A DNA stretch of 64,000 nucleotides from Candidatus Melainabacteria bacterium 17Bon1m (GTDB lineage Bacteria > Cyanobacteriota > Vampirovibrionia > Obscuribacterales > Obscuribacteraceae). Each line of letters starts with the position of its first letter. Position 1 is the first letter of the stretch. This document shows, piece by piece, positions 19,923 to 29,462 of the stretch. Below the pieces are notes generated by a model. It made no database searches. It worked only from the letters and a program-made list of their open reading frames with translations, and had not been told where the DNA came from. Location: positions 736,001-800,000 of the forward strand of contig JAVLKG010000001.1 of the NCBI GenBank assembly GCA_032128875.1. Reading direction: 5' to 3'. A program made the position numbers and the translations under genes.

Positions 19923-22900
19923 CTATCGTGCCGCCACGGAAGTTAGAACCATAGCACTAAGCAATTCTTCAAGCAAATCAAGTTGCTCAACAGGCGAAAG
20001 TCCTTGTGAGCGCACAAGAATGCACGGCGCCGGACCGATACCGCCTGCTTGTCCAGGCTTATAAGTTGTACGGCTGGCAAGATGTTTTGGCAGTCTGCTT
20101 TGTACCGGCATCCATTCATTTAACCGGAATGCCACAGACAGTTTCAAGCTCATGCCATCCGGCTTGATAGCTGACACCTGAGCCTTGGCGCAAAGCAAAC
20201 GCAATCGAACAACTTTGGCCAGATTGTCGACTTCTTCCGGTGCTTTGCCGAAGCGATCTTTCCACTCTTCTTTGAGAATGCTGAGGTCTTTGTCCGACTT
20301 AACATCCGCAAGACGCTTGTATTCAATTAAGCGCTGATCGGGATCAGGCATGTATGTTTCGGGAATGAAGGCTGACACGTTGATATCGATTTGAGCGTCG
20401 GCGTCTGTAGAAACGCTCTGTCCTTTGAGTTCTGCAACCGATTCTTCCAGCAGTTTGCAATAAAGTTCAAAACCAACTGAAATCATGTGTCCATGCTGTT
20501 CGGCGCCAAGGATGTTACCTACTCCTCTAATTTCCATGTCGCGCAATGCGATCTGATAACCAGAGCCAAGCGATGTGAATTCTCTAATAGCTTTGAGTCT
20601 GCTTTGGGCTGTTTCCGTCAGCACCTTCTGTGGACGACAGAGGCAGTAGGCGTAAGCCTGCAGGTCAGAACGACCCACCCGTCCTCGCAACTGATAGAGC
20701 TGCGCAAGACCGAACTTATCGGCTTCGTTGACGATAATCGTGTTGCAATTTGGAATGTCCAAGCCTGATTCAATGATAGTCGTGCAAACAAGTACGTCGA
20801 ATTGATGCGCTGCAAAGTCCAGCATCACATTTTCCAGTTCGCGCTCGGACATCTGTCCGTGCCCGATGATGAGCCTTGCTTCCGGTACGAGCTGTTTTAC
20901 TTCGAAGGCGATTTGCTCGATCGACTCAATGCGGTTGTGTACGAAATAGACCTGACCGCCTCTTTCCATTTCGTGCAGAATTGCGGTACGAACCAGCGGC
21001 AATTTGTATTCGCCGACGAATGTTTTGATGGGCAGTCTGTTTACAGGCGGTGTGTGTATTAGTGACATGTCGCGAGCGCCGGACAGTGCCATGTGCAATG
21101 TTCTCGGAATAGGCGTTGCGGACATGGTGAGCACGTCTACCATGACTCTTAGCTGTTTCAATTTCTCTTTGTGCCCGACGCCGAATCTCTGTTCTTCGTC
21201 GATAATCAGAAGTCCGAGATCTTTGAAGGCGATGTCCTTCTGCAACATTCTGTGCGTTCCAACCACGACGTCGCATTCGCCGACGCCTAGTTTTTGAACC
21301 ACTTCTCTCTGCTCTTTGGCTGTTCTAAAACGGCTGAGCAACCCGACTCTGATCGGGTAGGCGCTGAAGCGTTCGCAGAGATTGTTGTAGTGTTGCTGCG
21401 CAAGAATTGTGGTGGGAACAAGAACCGCAACTTGCTTGCCTGACATTACTGTTTTGAAAATTCCACGAATTGCCACTTCGGTTTTTCCGAAGCCGACGTC
21501 TCCGCAAATCAGCCTGTCCATCGGCTTATTCGCTTCTAGGTCATGCTTAACGTCTTGAATAGCTTGCCATTGATCGGGTGTTTCTTCATAAGGAAACGCC
21601 TCTTCCATTTCGTATTGCCAGGGAGTATCCGGTATGCACTGGAAACCCTCTTGCTTGGCGCGAATAGCATAAAGATTGACGAGATCTTCTGCGACTTGTT
21701 TTACAGATTTTTTGACGCGTTTTTTCGTCGACTCCCACTCTGCGCCGCCGAGGCGAGAGAGTCTAGGCGCGCTATCACCGGCTCCACGATAGCGGCTGAG
21801 GAGGTTGATTTGATCGACTGGAACATACAAGCGGTCGTCGCCTGTATATTGAACGGTCAGATATTCTCGTTGTTGGTTGTCGACGGCAATACGCTGAACG
21901 CCCACGAATTGACCGATTCCGTGCTTCATATGCACGACGTAGTCACCAACTTTTAGATCGGAGACAGACGTGAAACGCTCGTACGTCTTTTCTGCAACCT
22001 GGCGACGATAGACTGTCGGTCGGCGTTTTAGTCCGAACATCTCTGCGTCGGTGATGGAAACAAGCATGATATCGTCAAGGCGGAATCCCTGAACGAAACC
22101 ATGTCTGGTTACCCAGACTTCGCTGCCAGAGCCAGGAGTCTTGCCTCGGGCTACTAGCTCTGCAAATGATAGAGTTTGTGTTTCGGATGGGTTCAAATTG
22201 CCGGCACTCGCAGCCGCGTCGGGCGAACCGGGCTCGTGGTGCCGAATATCGCTTTCAGCTCCCAGATATCTGGCGGGCGTATCCCATTCGCGCAGAAGTC
22301 CGAGCAGTCGTTGAGGCTGTTCGGTCGAGATGACGACTTGATATTCGTTGCGTCTGAATGACCGGACCTTTTCAATTACTGCCTGCATTTGATTGCCGAA
22401 TCGCTCAATAGGATGGCAGTCGAATTGCACTACAGCGTGCTCAGCCTCATCAGGGAATGCCGGCAGGCTGGACAGATAGACCTTCTGGAAGCTGGAGATG
22501 CGGGTCTTCAGCTCTTCGAAATTAGAGTGAAGCGCACGCGGCAGGGCAAGCAATCGTCCAGTCGAGACACCTTCTTTGAACGCGTCATTGAGCTTTTCTT
22601 CATAGCTGATAAGTGACGATGTGAGCAGATCCCACTCATCGAAAAATACCAGTCCCTTCTCGGGAAGGTAGTCCGCAAGCGTGGCGAAGCGATCGCTGAC
22701 AAACGGATAATAGTATTCACAAGATTCCGGATATTGCCCCGAGGCAAATCCGGTCAGGTCGTTTTCTATTATGGAGAGAAGGGTTTCCTTGGCTCCGTCT
22801 TCCAGTTTTTCGGCAGATGCCTCAGCATGCTCGCGCAGTCTGGCGATCAAATCATCTTTGAATTCTTTGGTGTCATCGAGGACTATCCAGTATCTTGGCG

Positions 22901-23681
22901 GAATAAGAACTTCATTCAATTCATCGACAGACCGCTGGTTGTCGATGTTGAACTGACGAATCGATTCGACTTCATCATCAAACAGCTCGATACGCATCGG
23001 AAAGCCGCTTGACGGGTAGATGTCGATAATGTCTCCCCTGATACTGAATTCGCCGCGTAGAGTAACAAGACTTTCTCTGGAATAGCCAAGTCCTGCCAGC
23101 CTTCTAGCCAGGTCTTCGCGGTCGACGGTTGCACCTTTTTTGAGAGCGAAACTTTTTTCTTTCAATGTTTCTGCATCGAGAACTCTTTGGATAAGGGCTC
23201 GAATCGGCACGATCACCAAGTAAGGTTCGTCGTTGCCGTACATAATGCGGTTCAAGACTTCCAGCTGCGGAGCTATGTTGTCCGGGCTGCTAAGAACCTG
23301 TTCGTACGGCGAGACCTCCGACGACGGGTAAAAGTAAACGGGATAGCGACTGAGATTGGAGAGTTCGTGCTTGAGTCTCGAAGCGACCTGGTTGTCTTGG
23401 ACAATTATGAAAAACGGTCTTTTGACCTCATGGTTGAGAACCGAAAGCACCAGCGATTTTGCAGAATCCGAAAGACCTGAGAGGTTCAATTCCGTCTGCG
23501 AATGACGTGCTGTGCGGGCTAATAACTTTGCATATTGAGGCGAGCCCAAGAAGCGCTGATGAAGGGCACTAGCGAGTATATTTTCGCGTGTTTGCCGAGA
23601 AGAATCGCCTGTATTTTGAGACTGAGTTGCCATATTTCCTGATGGTGCCGCCTGGTTCACTCCAAACTCCGTTTCGAACAT
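19923..23681 (-). CDS. mfd: Transcription-repair coupling factor
   Basis: UvrB-like N-terminus, CarD/RID (GDYVVH..HGIG), GDVGFGKTEVA, DEEQRFG, QLRGRVGR and TRCF C-terminus. Confidence 0.97.
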   Translation of the reverse strand: MFETEFGVNQAAPSGNMATQSQNTGDSSRQTRENILASALHQRFLGSPQYAKLLARTARHSQTELNLSGLSDSAKSLVLSVLNHEVKRPFFIIVQDNQVASRLKHELSNLSRYPVYFYPSSEVSPYEQVLSSPDNIAPQLEVLNRIMYGNDEPYLVIVPIRALIQRVLDAETLKEKSFALKKGATVDREDLARRLAGLGYSRESLVTLRGEFSIRGDIIDIYPSSGFPMRIELFDDEVESIRQFNIDNQRSVDELNEVLIPPRYWIVLDDTKEFKDDLIARLREHAEASAEKLEDGAKETLLSIIENDLTGFASGQYPESCEYYYPFVSDRFATLADYLPEKGLVFFDEWDLLTSSLISYEEKLNDAFKEGVSTGRLLALPRALHSNFEELKTRISSFQKVYLSSLPAFPDEAEHAVVQFDCHPIERFGNQMQAVIEKVRSFRRNEYQVVISTEQPQRLLGLLREWDTPARYLGAESDIRHHEPGSPDAAASAGNLNPSETQTLSFAELVARGKTPGSGSEVWVTRHGFVQGFRLDDIMLVSITDAEMFGLKRRPTVYRRQVAEKTYERFTSVSDLKVGDYVVHMKHGIGQFVGVQRIAVDNQQREYLTVQYTGDDRLYVPVDQINLLSRYRGAGDSAPRLSRLGGAEWESTKKRVKKSVKQVAEDLVNLYAIRAKQEGFQCIPDTPWQYEMEEAFPYEETPDQWQAIQDVKHDLEANKPMDRLICGDVGFGKTEVAIRGIFKTVMSGKQVAVLVPTTILAQQHYNNLCERFSAYPIRVGLLSRFRTAKEQREVVQKLGVGECDVVVGTHRMLQKDIAFKDLGLLIIDEEQRFGVGHKEKLKQLRVMVDVLTMSATPIPRTLHMALSGARDMSLIHTPPVNRLPIKTFVGEYKLPLVRTAILHEMERGGQVYFVHNRIESIEQIAFEVKQLVPEARLIIGHGQMSERELENVMLDFAAHQFDVLVCTTIIESGLDIPNCNTIIVNEADKFGLAQLYQLRGRVGRSDLQAYAYCLCRPQKVLTETAQSRLKAIREFTSLGSGYQIALRDMEIRGVGNILGAEQHGHMISVGFELYCKLLEESVAELKGQSVSTDADAQIDINVSAFIPETYMPDPDQRLIEYKRLADVKSDKDLSILKEEWKDRFGKAPEEVDNLAKVVRLRLLCAKAQVSAIKPDGMSLKLSVAFRLNEWMPVQSRLPKHLASRTTYKPGQAGGIGPAPCILVRSQGLSPVEQLDLLEELLSAMVLTSVAAR

Positions 23682-23994
23682 TCAAATTTCGCTCAAATTT
23701 GAGAGTCGTCAAATTCTTTCTATTCGATGCGTGTTTTCGTCGAGCTTCAGCAATTCAGAAGCGCAATCGAACCAAATTTGGCGAATTTTTTATCGTAGCA
23801 TGCGAACACCATAGAACGCCCGTCCAACGCCCCATTTGTGTTATGTGGCGTAATTATCGTCTACACCCCGACAGGCGCCATTCTCGGGCAGTTGTTACTT
23901 TGCTTTCAGGGTGGAAAATTCATCGTTTCAACTTTACAGAAAGCTCATGAGTGTTCAGGTATTATGTCCTTGATAATGTTTAAGGGAATTTTGG

Positions 23995-25410
23995 ATGAGA
24001 CCAGTCGTGCTTAGAAACCTGAAGATTTTCGTCTCAGTTTTCGCGGCTGCGTCTGTTTTCGCCACTCCTCCTAGTTTGGCGCAAAAACATCACTATGCGC
24101 CGGACGTCGGACAGCGCATCGATATTGCCGGACAGTTGAGTAAGGAGGGCAAGTTCGACGAAGCCCGCCGCGTTCTTTCCGAAGCACTGCAGCTCGACGC
24201 CAACTGCTGCGATTGCTTGAACAGTCTGGGGATAACCTATTTCAAAGAAGGGCGACTGAAGGAGGCGGAAGCCAACTTCCGTGGTGCTCTCAAGATCGAC
24301 CCTCTCTACTTGGAAGCGCTCTGCAACTTGGGTTTGTGCCTTTATCAGCAGGGCGAGTCTCACTATGCCGAAGCGATAGTTTATTTCAGCCAAGCGCTAG
24401 AATTGACGCAAAACAAAGACTTCCAATTACACAAAAATCTCGCCGATGTTTTGCGTGATAAGGGCGACTTCAAAGAAGCGGCCATGCATTACGGCGAAGC
24501 GGTGCGTCTGCAACCAGACTATGCGCCTGCATACAATGGGCTGTCCATGCTGTATTACAGGCTGAAGCAGTTCGACAAGGCCTACGAAGAAGCGCTGAAG
24601 GCGGTTAAGTTCAGACCTGATTATGCCCTCGGTTATTTCTACCTGGGTATGATCGAGACCTCTCGAAAGCACGTACCGCAGGCGATCCAGTATTACGAGA
24701 CATCGCTCAAGTACGAGCCAAATCCTCGCTATGCTGCAGACACGCGGCAGAAAATCGCCGATTTGAAGGCTGGATTTATGCCACCTTCTGATAATTCCGG
24801 CTCATCTACAGCCGCTCCAGGCGCTGTCGCTCCTTCTGTCTCGATTTCTGCACTGGTTCGCTCTCAGGAATGGGAAAAGGCGGAAAACGAGCTGTCTCGC
24901 GTGCTTTCCAATCCCCGAGGAAAGACCGCTAACAACTACAACAATTACGGATATGTTCTTTCCCGCCGCCAGAACTTCGAGGGCGCCATTGTCGCTTACA
25001 GAAAAGCCATCGACCTCAAGAAAGGCATGTTCCCTGAGGCTCGTTACAATTTGGGTCAGGTTTTGCGTCTGAACAATCAACCGAAGGAAGCGGAGAAACA
25101 AATCTTTGCGGCAGTTCAAGAAGCGAAACAAATGAACAAGCGATTTCCAGCTGCATTGAACGCCTATGCCCTGATGCGCAAGTCGCACGGTGACTTGAAA
25201 GGCGCCAAAACCTACTATGTCAGCGCCCTCACACAGGCCGCAGATACGATGCCTGTGATTCATTACAATTATGCAATTTTGCTCGAGAAGACTGAAAATA
25301 GTAAGGAAGCGGTCGCACAGTACAGGCGCTATCTAGCCCTTGCTCCAGCGGGGAAAAACGCCAAAGCTGCACAGGAGCGACTCAGACGATTGACCGGTGC
25401 GTCTAAATAG
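23995..25410 (+). CDS. Exported tetratricopeptide repeat protein
   Basis: Signal peptide (..PSLA-Q), multiple TPRs, and C-terminal YLALAPAG..A..AQERL cap. Confidence 0.88.
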   Translation: MRPVVLRNLKIFVSVFAAASVFATPPSLAQKHHYAPDVGQRIDIAGQLSKEGKFDEARRVLSEALQLDANCCDCLNSLGITYFKEGRLKEAEANFRGALKIDPLYLEALCNLGLCLYQQGESHYAEAIVYFSQALELTQNKDFQLHKNLADVLRDKGDFKEAAMHYGEAVRLQPDYAPAYNGLSMLYYRLKQFDKAYEEALKAVKFRPDYALGYFYLGMIETSRKHVPQAIQYYETSLKYEPNPRYAADTRQKIADLKAGFMPPSDNSGSSTAAPGAVAPSVSISALVRSQEWEKAENELSRVLSNPRGKTANNYNNYGYVLSRRQNFEGAIVAYRKAIDLKKGMFPEARYNLGQVLRLNNQPKEAEKQIFAAVQEAKQMNKRFPAALNAYALMRKSHGDLKGAKTYYVSALTQAADTMPVIHYNYAILLEKTENSKEAVAQYRRYLALAPAGKNAKAAQERLRRLTGASK

Positions 25411-25521
25411 GCTGTCAAGACAAGCTGGGGCGTCTGTTGTACAATCAACTTCCGTGGCTCTGGCTACGGCAATATTTGCCGTTATTTTTTCGTGTTATGA
25501 AACGGAGTTCTGAGCAGGACA

Positions 25522-26697
25522 ATGAGCGTTACAGAGAAGGACATCAATAGCGCCGCACCGGCAGCGAATCCTCAACATACAGAGGAGATGCTGGAGGCTG
25601 TTTGCGCTGTTGCTCGCGCTCGGGAAGCCACGCCGGTTCCGGCTGGAAAGACACGCGTTGCGGTTCTTATGAGCGGTGGCGTCGACAGCTCAGCAACTGC
25701 CTATCTGCTTAAAGAGCAAGGATATGATGTCGTCGGTGTGACTGGTTGGCTGATCAAATCAGGCAGCCGTTGCTGCGATACGGGCATGATCGATGCTGCC
25801 CGCGTCTGCGAGCAACTTGAGGTAGACCATCATGCGGTCGATTTGAGAGAGCTTTTCAAAACGCAAATCATTGACGATTTCCATCAGTCGTATGCACGTG
25901 CGCGCACTCCGTTGCCTTGCAGTTTGTGCAACACGGTAATTAAGTGGGGCGCATTGATGAATTATGGGCGCAAGATTCTTGGCGCCGAGTACATTGCCAC
26001 TGGTCACTATGGGCGTATCGCTGAGATCGATGGGCAAATCAGACTCGCTCGTGCAAAAGATCCCAAGAAAGATCAATCATATGTGCTCTGGGGTTTGACG
26101 CTCGACCAGCTCAAGCACACCTTGCTTCCGCTCGGCGATTACAACAAAGACGAGATTCGTGCTATTGCTGCTAAGGCCGATCTGACGACTGCCAATCGCC
26201 CTGACAGCCAAGATCTCTGCTTCATTCCTATGGGCAAGACACCACAAGAGTATCTGTCCGGCTTCCTTCCGGAGCTGCCCGGACCAATTTTGCACGCCCT
26301 TACCGGCGACCTTATGGGCGAGCATAAAGGCACGCACAATTTTACGATTGGTCAGCGCCGCGGTATCAATATCTCGTACAAAGAGCCGCTTTACGTCACT
26401 TCTATTGATCCCGATATGCGCATTGTTTATGTGGGACCAAAAGAGGCTCTGCTTCGTCGCGAGCTGACGGCGTCCTTCATGAACTGGATGCTTGAGGCAC
26501 CACCGGCGGAGCCATTTAGAGCTCAGGTGAAAATCAGATACAACAGCCCTACGGCACCAGCCCTGGTTACACCATTGCCTGACAATAAGACATCGGTGCT
26601 CTTCGACGACGCGCAGCCTGCAATCACTCCCGGTCAAGTCCTCGGCATTTACGATCTGTCTGACGCATATATCATGGGTGGCGGCTGGATAGACTGA
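25522..26697 (+). CDS. mnmA: tRNA-specific 2-thiouridylase
   Basis: MSGGVDSS, CN..IKW, IATGHY, KDQSY, DSQDLCF, TIGQRRG and AITPGQ. Confidence 0.96.
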   Translation: MSVTEKDINSAAPAANPQHTEEMLEAVCAVARAREATPVPAGKTRVAVLMSGGVDSSATAYLLKEQGYDVVGVTGWLIKSGSRCCDTGMIDAARVCEQLEVDHHAVDLRELFKTQIIDDFHQSYARARTPLPCSLCNTVIKWGALMNYGRKILGAEYIATGHYGRIAEIDGQIRLARAKDPKKDQSYVLWGLTLDQLKHTLLPLGDYNKDEIRAIAAKADLTTANRPDSQDLCFIPMGKTPQEYLSGFLPELPGPILHALTGDLMGEHKGTHNFTIGQRRGINISYKEPLYVTSIDPDMRIVYVGPKEALLRRELTASFMNWMLEAPPAEPFRAQVKIRYNSPTAPALVTPLPDNKTSVLFDDAQPAITPGQVLGIYDLSDAYIMGGGWID

Positions 26698-26915
26698 TCT
26701 GCAACGATCAAATGTCAAAGCCTTTTGAAAGCTATTGAAAACGCAATTTAATCACGCGGGGTGAAATCCCCCGAATTCGTGTTGTCATGCTGTTTCCCAT
26801 TTGCTGAAATCGGGAACCAATGCGGTATCGGTTAGTCGAATGTTCAGTATTTGTGTTGCTAACGTAAAAAACAAAACCTATAATACGAACTTGGTAGTCA
26901 CGGATCTTGATTTAA

Positions 26916-28628
26916 ATGCTTCTGAAAAACCGCGTCTTCACTAGGTTTAAGCCACTAACATTCGTGCTTGCAGCACTAATGGTGGCATCTTCGATATGCG
27001 TTTCGGATATCAGCGCAGATGCGCGCACTAGATCTAAGAGTCGTGCTTCTGCGTCAACGCGAAGCAGTGGTTCTTCGCGCTCCGCAAGATCATCCAGAGG
27101 ACGTTCACGAACAGTCGTGCAATATTCAGGTTCGCGCCGCCGCACCGTTGCGGTAAGCAGAAGCCGGGTCACCGCATCGTCTCGACACCGTAGTCGCACA
27201 ATTCGCATTGTCAGGCAGCCGCGCCCTAAGTACGCTTATTCACTCAGCTTGTTCTTAATGCACGCTCCTGCTTTCGACAAGAGCCCGCTTGACCAGCAGA
27301 CAAGTGAAAAGATTGCACGCGCATGGGACCGTGGTATCGCAGATAGTTACCCTGCTCGCACACTCGTGAGGGCGGGTGTTGTTTCGTACCATCCCCTTCG
27401 CGGTGGCATTTTCTATCGACGCGAACCTGTCAAATACATTGTTTTGCACTCAACCGAAACCGGTGTGCCTGTCAGTGCAGTCAACGTCATCGAAGGCTGG
27501 AGCTCAATGGGGCGTCGCCATCCAGGTGCTCAATATGTAGTTGAGCGTGACGGCACAATCTATCAAGCTGTAGATCCGGATCTCGCCACTGTGCACGTCA
27601 ATATCTTCAAGACTTTGCCTGGTATCAACAACGACAACAGCATCGGTATAGAAATGAATCACACCGGCAGGCAGAATTATCCTGCTGCGCAGCGTGAAGC
27701 AGTTTCCAAATTGCTTGCCTATCTCCAAAATCGCTACCAAGTCGATCATGCCAACGTGATCACGCACAGGTACGCACAGCAAGGCGATCATACCGACCCT
27801 GTCAATTTTGATTTGGAAGGATTTCTCGCCTACAAAAACAATTTCCAAAAGCAGGCTCTTGCTTACAAAGTCAAAGGGTTGGAGAAAGAAGTTAAGACCT
27901 GGAACGAGCCCTCCGCCGCTTCTACTATCCTGCAACCGCATCCCGTGCAATCAGTCGATGCAGTTGAGCGTGCGGACAAAAAGCTGGATAGAAATGAAAA
28001 GGTCAAAGTCGCTCCGTTGCCTATTGTCGATGAGCCGGTGCGGACCGCACAGCCTGGAAACGCATTGGAGTTGAAGGGACCGATCGAGGTTGATCCTGCA
28101 GCTGCAACCGATTTAAATCAGAAAGAAACATTTGAAGTGGACGGACCCGGTGCCACCAAGGGTGGTGAAACATCTGAATCCGATAGATCCGGCGGTGGAA
28201 AATCTGAGTCTGCAAAACAAGATTCCTCGCCAGATTCTCCCAAGCCGAAATTCACCCCAGGACCTGACAGCGCGCCAGAATCAAAGTTGAGCAGCCCGCA
28301 TACGAAGTTTGCACCAGCGCATGTGATCAACCAGCTGCCCAAGAAAGAGTTAGAAAACTCATCGCACAAAGTGACTACACTGCCTGTCCACAAGGAAGTT
28401 GTAACTCACAAGTCAAACGATGATGCCCCCCTGACGCAGTTTGTACCAGGTGACAAGGTTACGCACACCCAGGTAAAACCAGCCGCTCGCACAGCCACTG
28501 CCGCTCCGAGAGCAGTAGCGGCCAAGCCGCCTGTCGAAGAGCAAATTCAGCCGAAGGACTTGAAGCCGACTGCAAAGAAATCGATGTTCCAGCGCTTCCG
28601 GTCTTATTTGAAAGATAACTTCCAATAA
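26916..28628 (+). CDS. Exported N-acetylmuramoyl-L-alanine amidase (Amidase_2/PGRP-type) with low-complexity flanks
   Basis: Signal peptide, R/S-rich segment, YIVLHST...YVVERDGTIYQ...SIGIE...ITHR...HTDP, then a long P/K/S-rich tail. Confidence 0.85.
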   Translation: MLLKNRVFTRFKPLTFVLAALMVASSICVSDISADARTRSKSRASASTRSSGSSRSARSSRGRSRTVVQYSGSRRRTVAVSRSRVTASSRHRSRTIRIVRQPRPKYAYSLSLFLMHAPAFDKSPLDQQTSEKIARAWDRGIADSYPARTLVRAGVVSYHPLRGGIFYRREPVKYIVLHSTETGVPVSAVNVIEGWSSMGRRHPGAQYVVERDGTIYQAVDPDLATVHVNIFKTLPGINNDNSIGIEMNHTGRQNYPAAQREAVSKLLAYLQNRYQVDHANVITHRYAQQGDHTDPVNFDLEGFLAYKNNFQKQALAYKVKGLEKEVKTWNEPSAASTILQPHPVQSVDAVERADKKLDRNEKVKVAPLPIVDEPVRTAQPGNALELKGPIEVDPAAATDLNQKETFEVDGPGATKGGETSESDRSGGGKSESAKQDSSPDSPKPKFTPGPDSAPESKLSSPHTKFAPAHVINQLPKKELENSSHKVTTLPVHKEVVTHKSNDDAPLTQFVPGDKVTHTQVKPAARTATAAPRAVAAKPPVEEQIQPKDLKPTAKKSMFQRFRSYLKDNFQ

Positions 28629-28633
28629 ACGAG

Positions 28634-28815
28634 ATCGTGGGGGCGCGTTGCACGCGCTCTTTTCCTGTAGGGGCGACGCCATGCGTCGACCACTGCCGGC
28701 GAGCCGCCGGCGCTCCCAGGATTTATCGTGGCGGCGCGTTGCACGCGCCCTTTTCATGTAGAGGCGACGCCATGCGTCGACTTGTTTTGAACACGCGCAA
28801 ACGATGCGCGACTAC
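28634..28815. repeat. REP cluster (BIME-like): two direct copies of a composite 57-bp unit plus extra palindromes
   Basis: ATCGTGGGGGCGCGTTGCACGCGCTCTTTTCCTGTAGGGGCGACGCCATGCGTCGAC at 28634-28690 and a near copy at 28725-28781; between convergent genes. Confidence 0.85.
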
Positions 28816-29459
28816 GGTTGGTTCAACGAAATATCCAAAATACTCGAGTAACCGTTCGGACCAGCGTTCAAATCGCTTTCGATAAGCGAAACGGTACTAA
28901 TCTGATGCGTGAGCGGGAAGAACCCATCTGGAATCTCGAAATCTTTGAGTGAACGTTTCGCTTTGTCGGCATCTCTCTGTTTGTGGTCGGGAGAAAAGCG
29001 ACAAACTGTAAGATGTGGACGGAATCGCTTGAAGCGTTGCACCTTGTCGCTCTTCTCCAAGTACTGCGACAAACTTTCGGTAATTGCGCTGTTGAGACTT
29101 TCCGCTTGGGGGCAGTCTTCCGTGGCTTCAAGAACAAGAACGCGCGGCGCTTTGAGCGAAGACCACACTTCAACTCTGTCGTACTGAATCTCAAAAGAAC
29201 GATTGCCTTGATTCATCCACTGTGCGAGCGTGGATTGCAAATCACTTTTCACGTTTTCGATGCGTGATCGTTCGACATCACCGATGAAAAGCCACGTCAG
29301 GTGCAGTTTTGGGAGTGGCACGAAGCGTGCTTTGATCTGCCATTGCTGCGACAACCGGCTATTCATGTGTTCGAGTTTTTTGACCATGACCGCCTGCTCA
29401 GCGGCGAGGAATGTTCCGACAAATAGGCGTTTCATTCCTTCTTGAGTCATTATTCTCAA
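28812..29459 (-). CDS. thpR: RNA 2',3'-cyclic phosphodiesterase (2H phosphoesterase)
   Basis: RLFVG, LHLTWLFIG and FRPHLTVCR (two HxT motifs). Confidence 0.9.
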   Translation of the reverse strand: MRIMTQEGMKRLFVGTFLAAEQAVMVKKLEHMNSRLSQQWQIKARFVPLPKLHLTWLFIGDVERSRIENVKSDLQSTLAQWMNQGNRSFEIQYDRVEVWSSLKAPRVLVLEATEDCPQAESLNSAITESLSQYLEKSDKVQRFKRFRPHLTVCRFSPDHKQRDADKAKRSLKDFEIPDGFFPLTHQISTVSLIESDLNAGPNGYSSILDISLNQP

Positions 29460-29462
29460 TCC

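Noticed and set aside
28634-28815. Possible mini-CRISPR or small ORFs (28637..28885, 28413..28757)
   Set aside because: The same units recur dispersed and inverted elsewhere as GTAG-type REPs; the ORFs are translations of the repeats.
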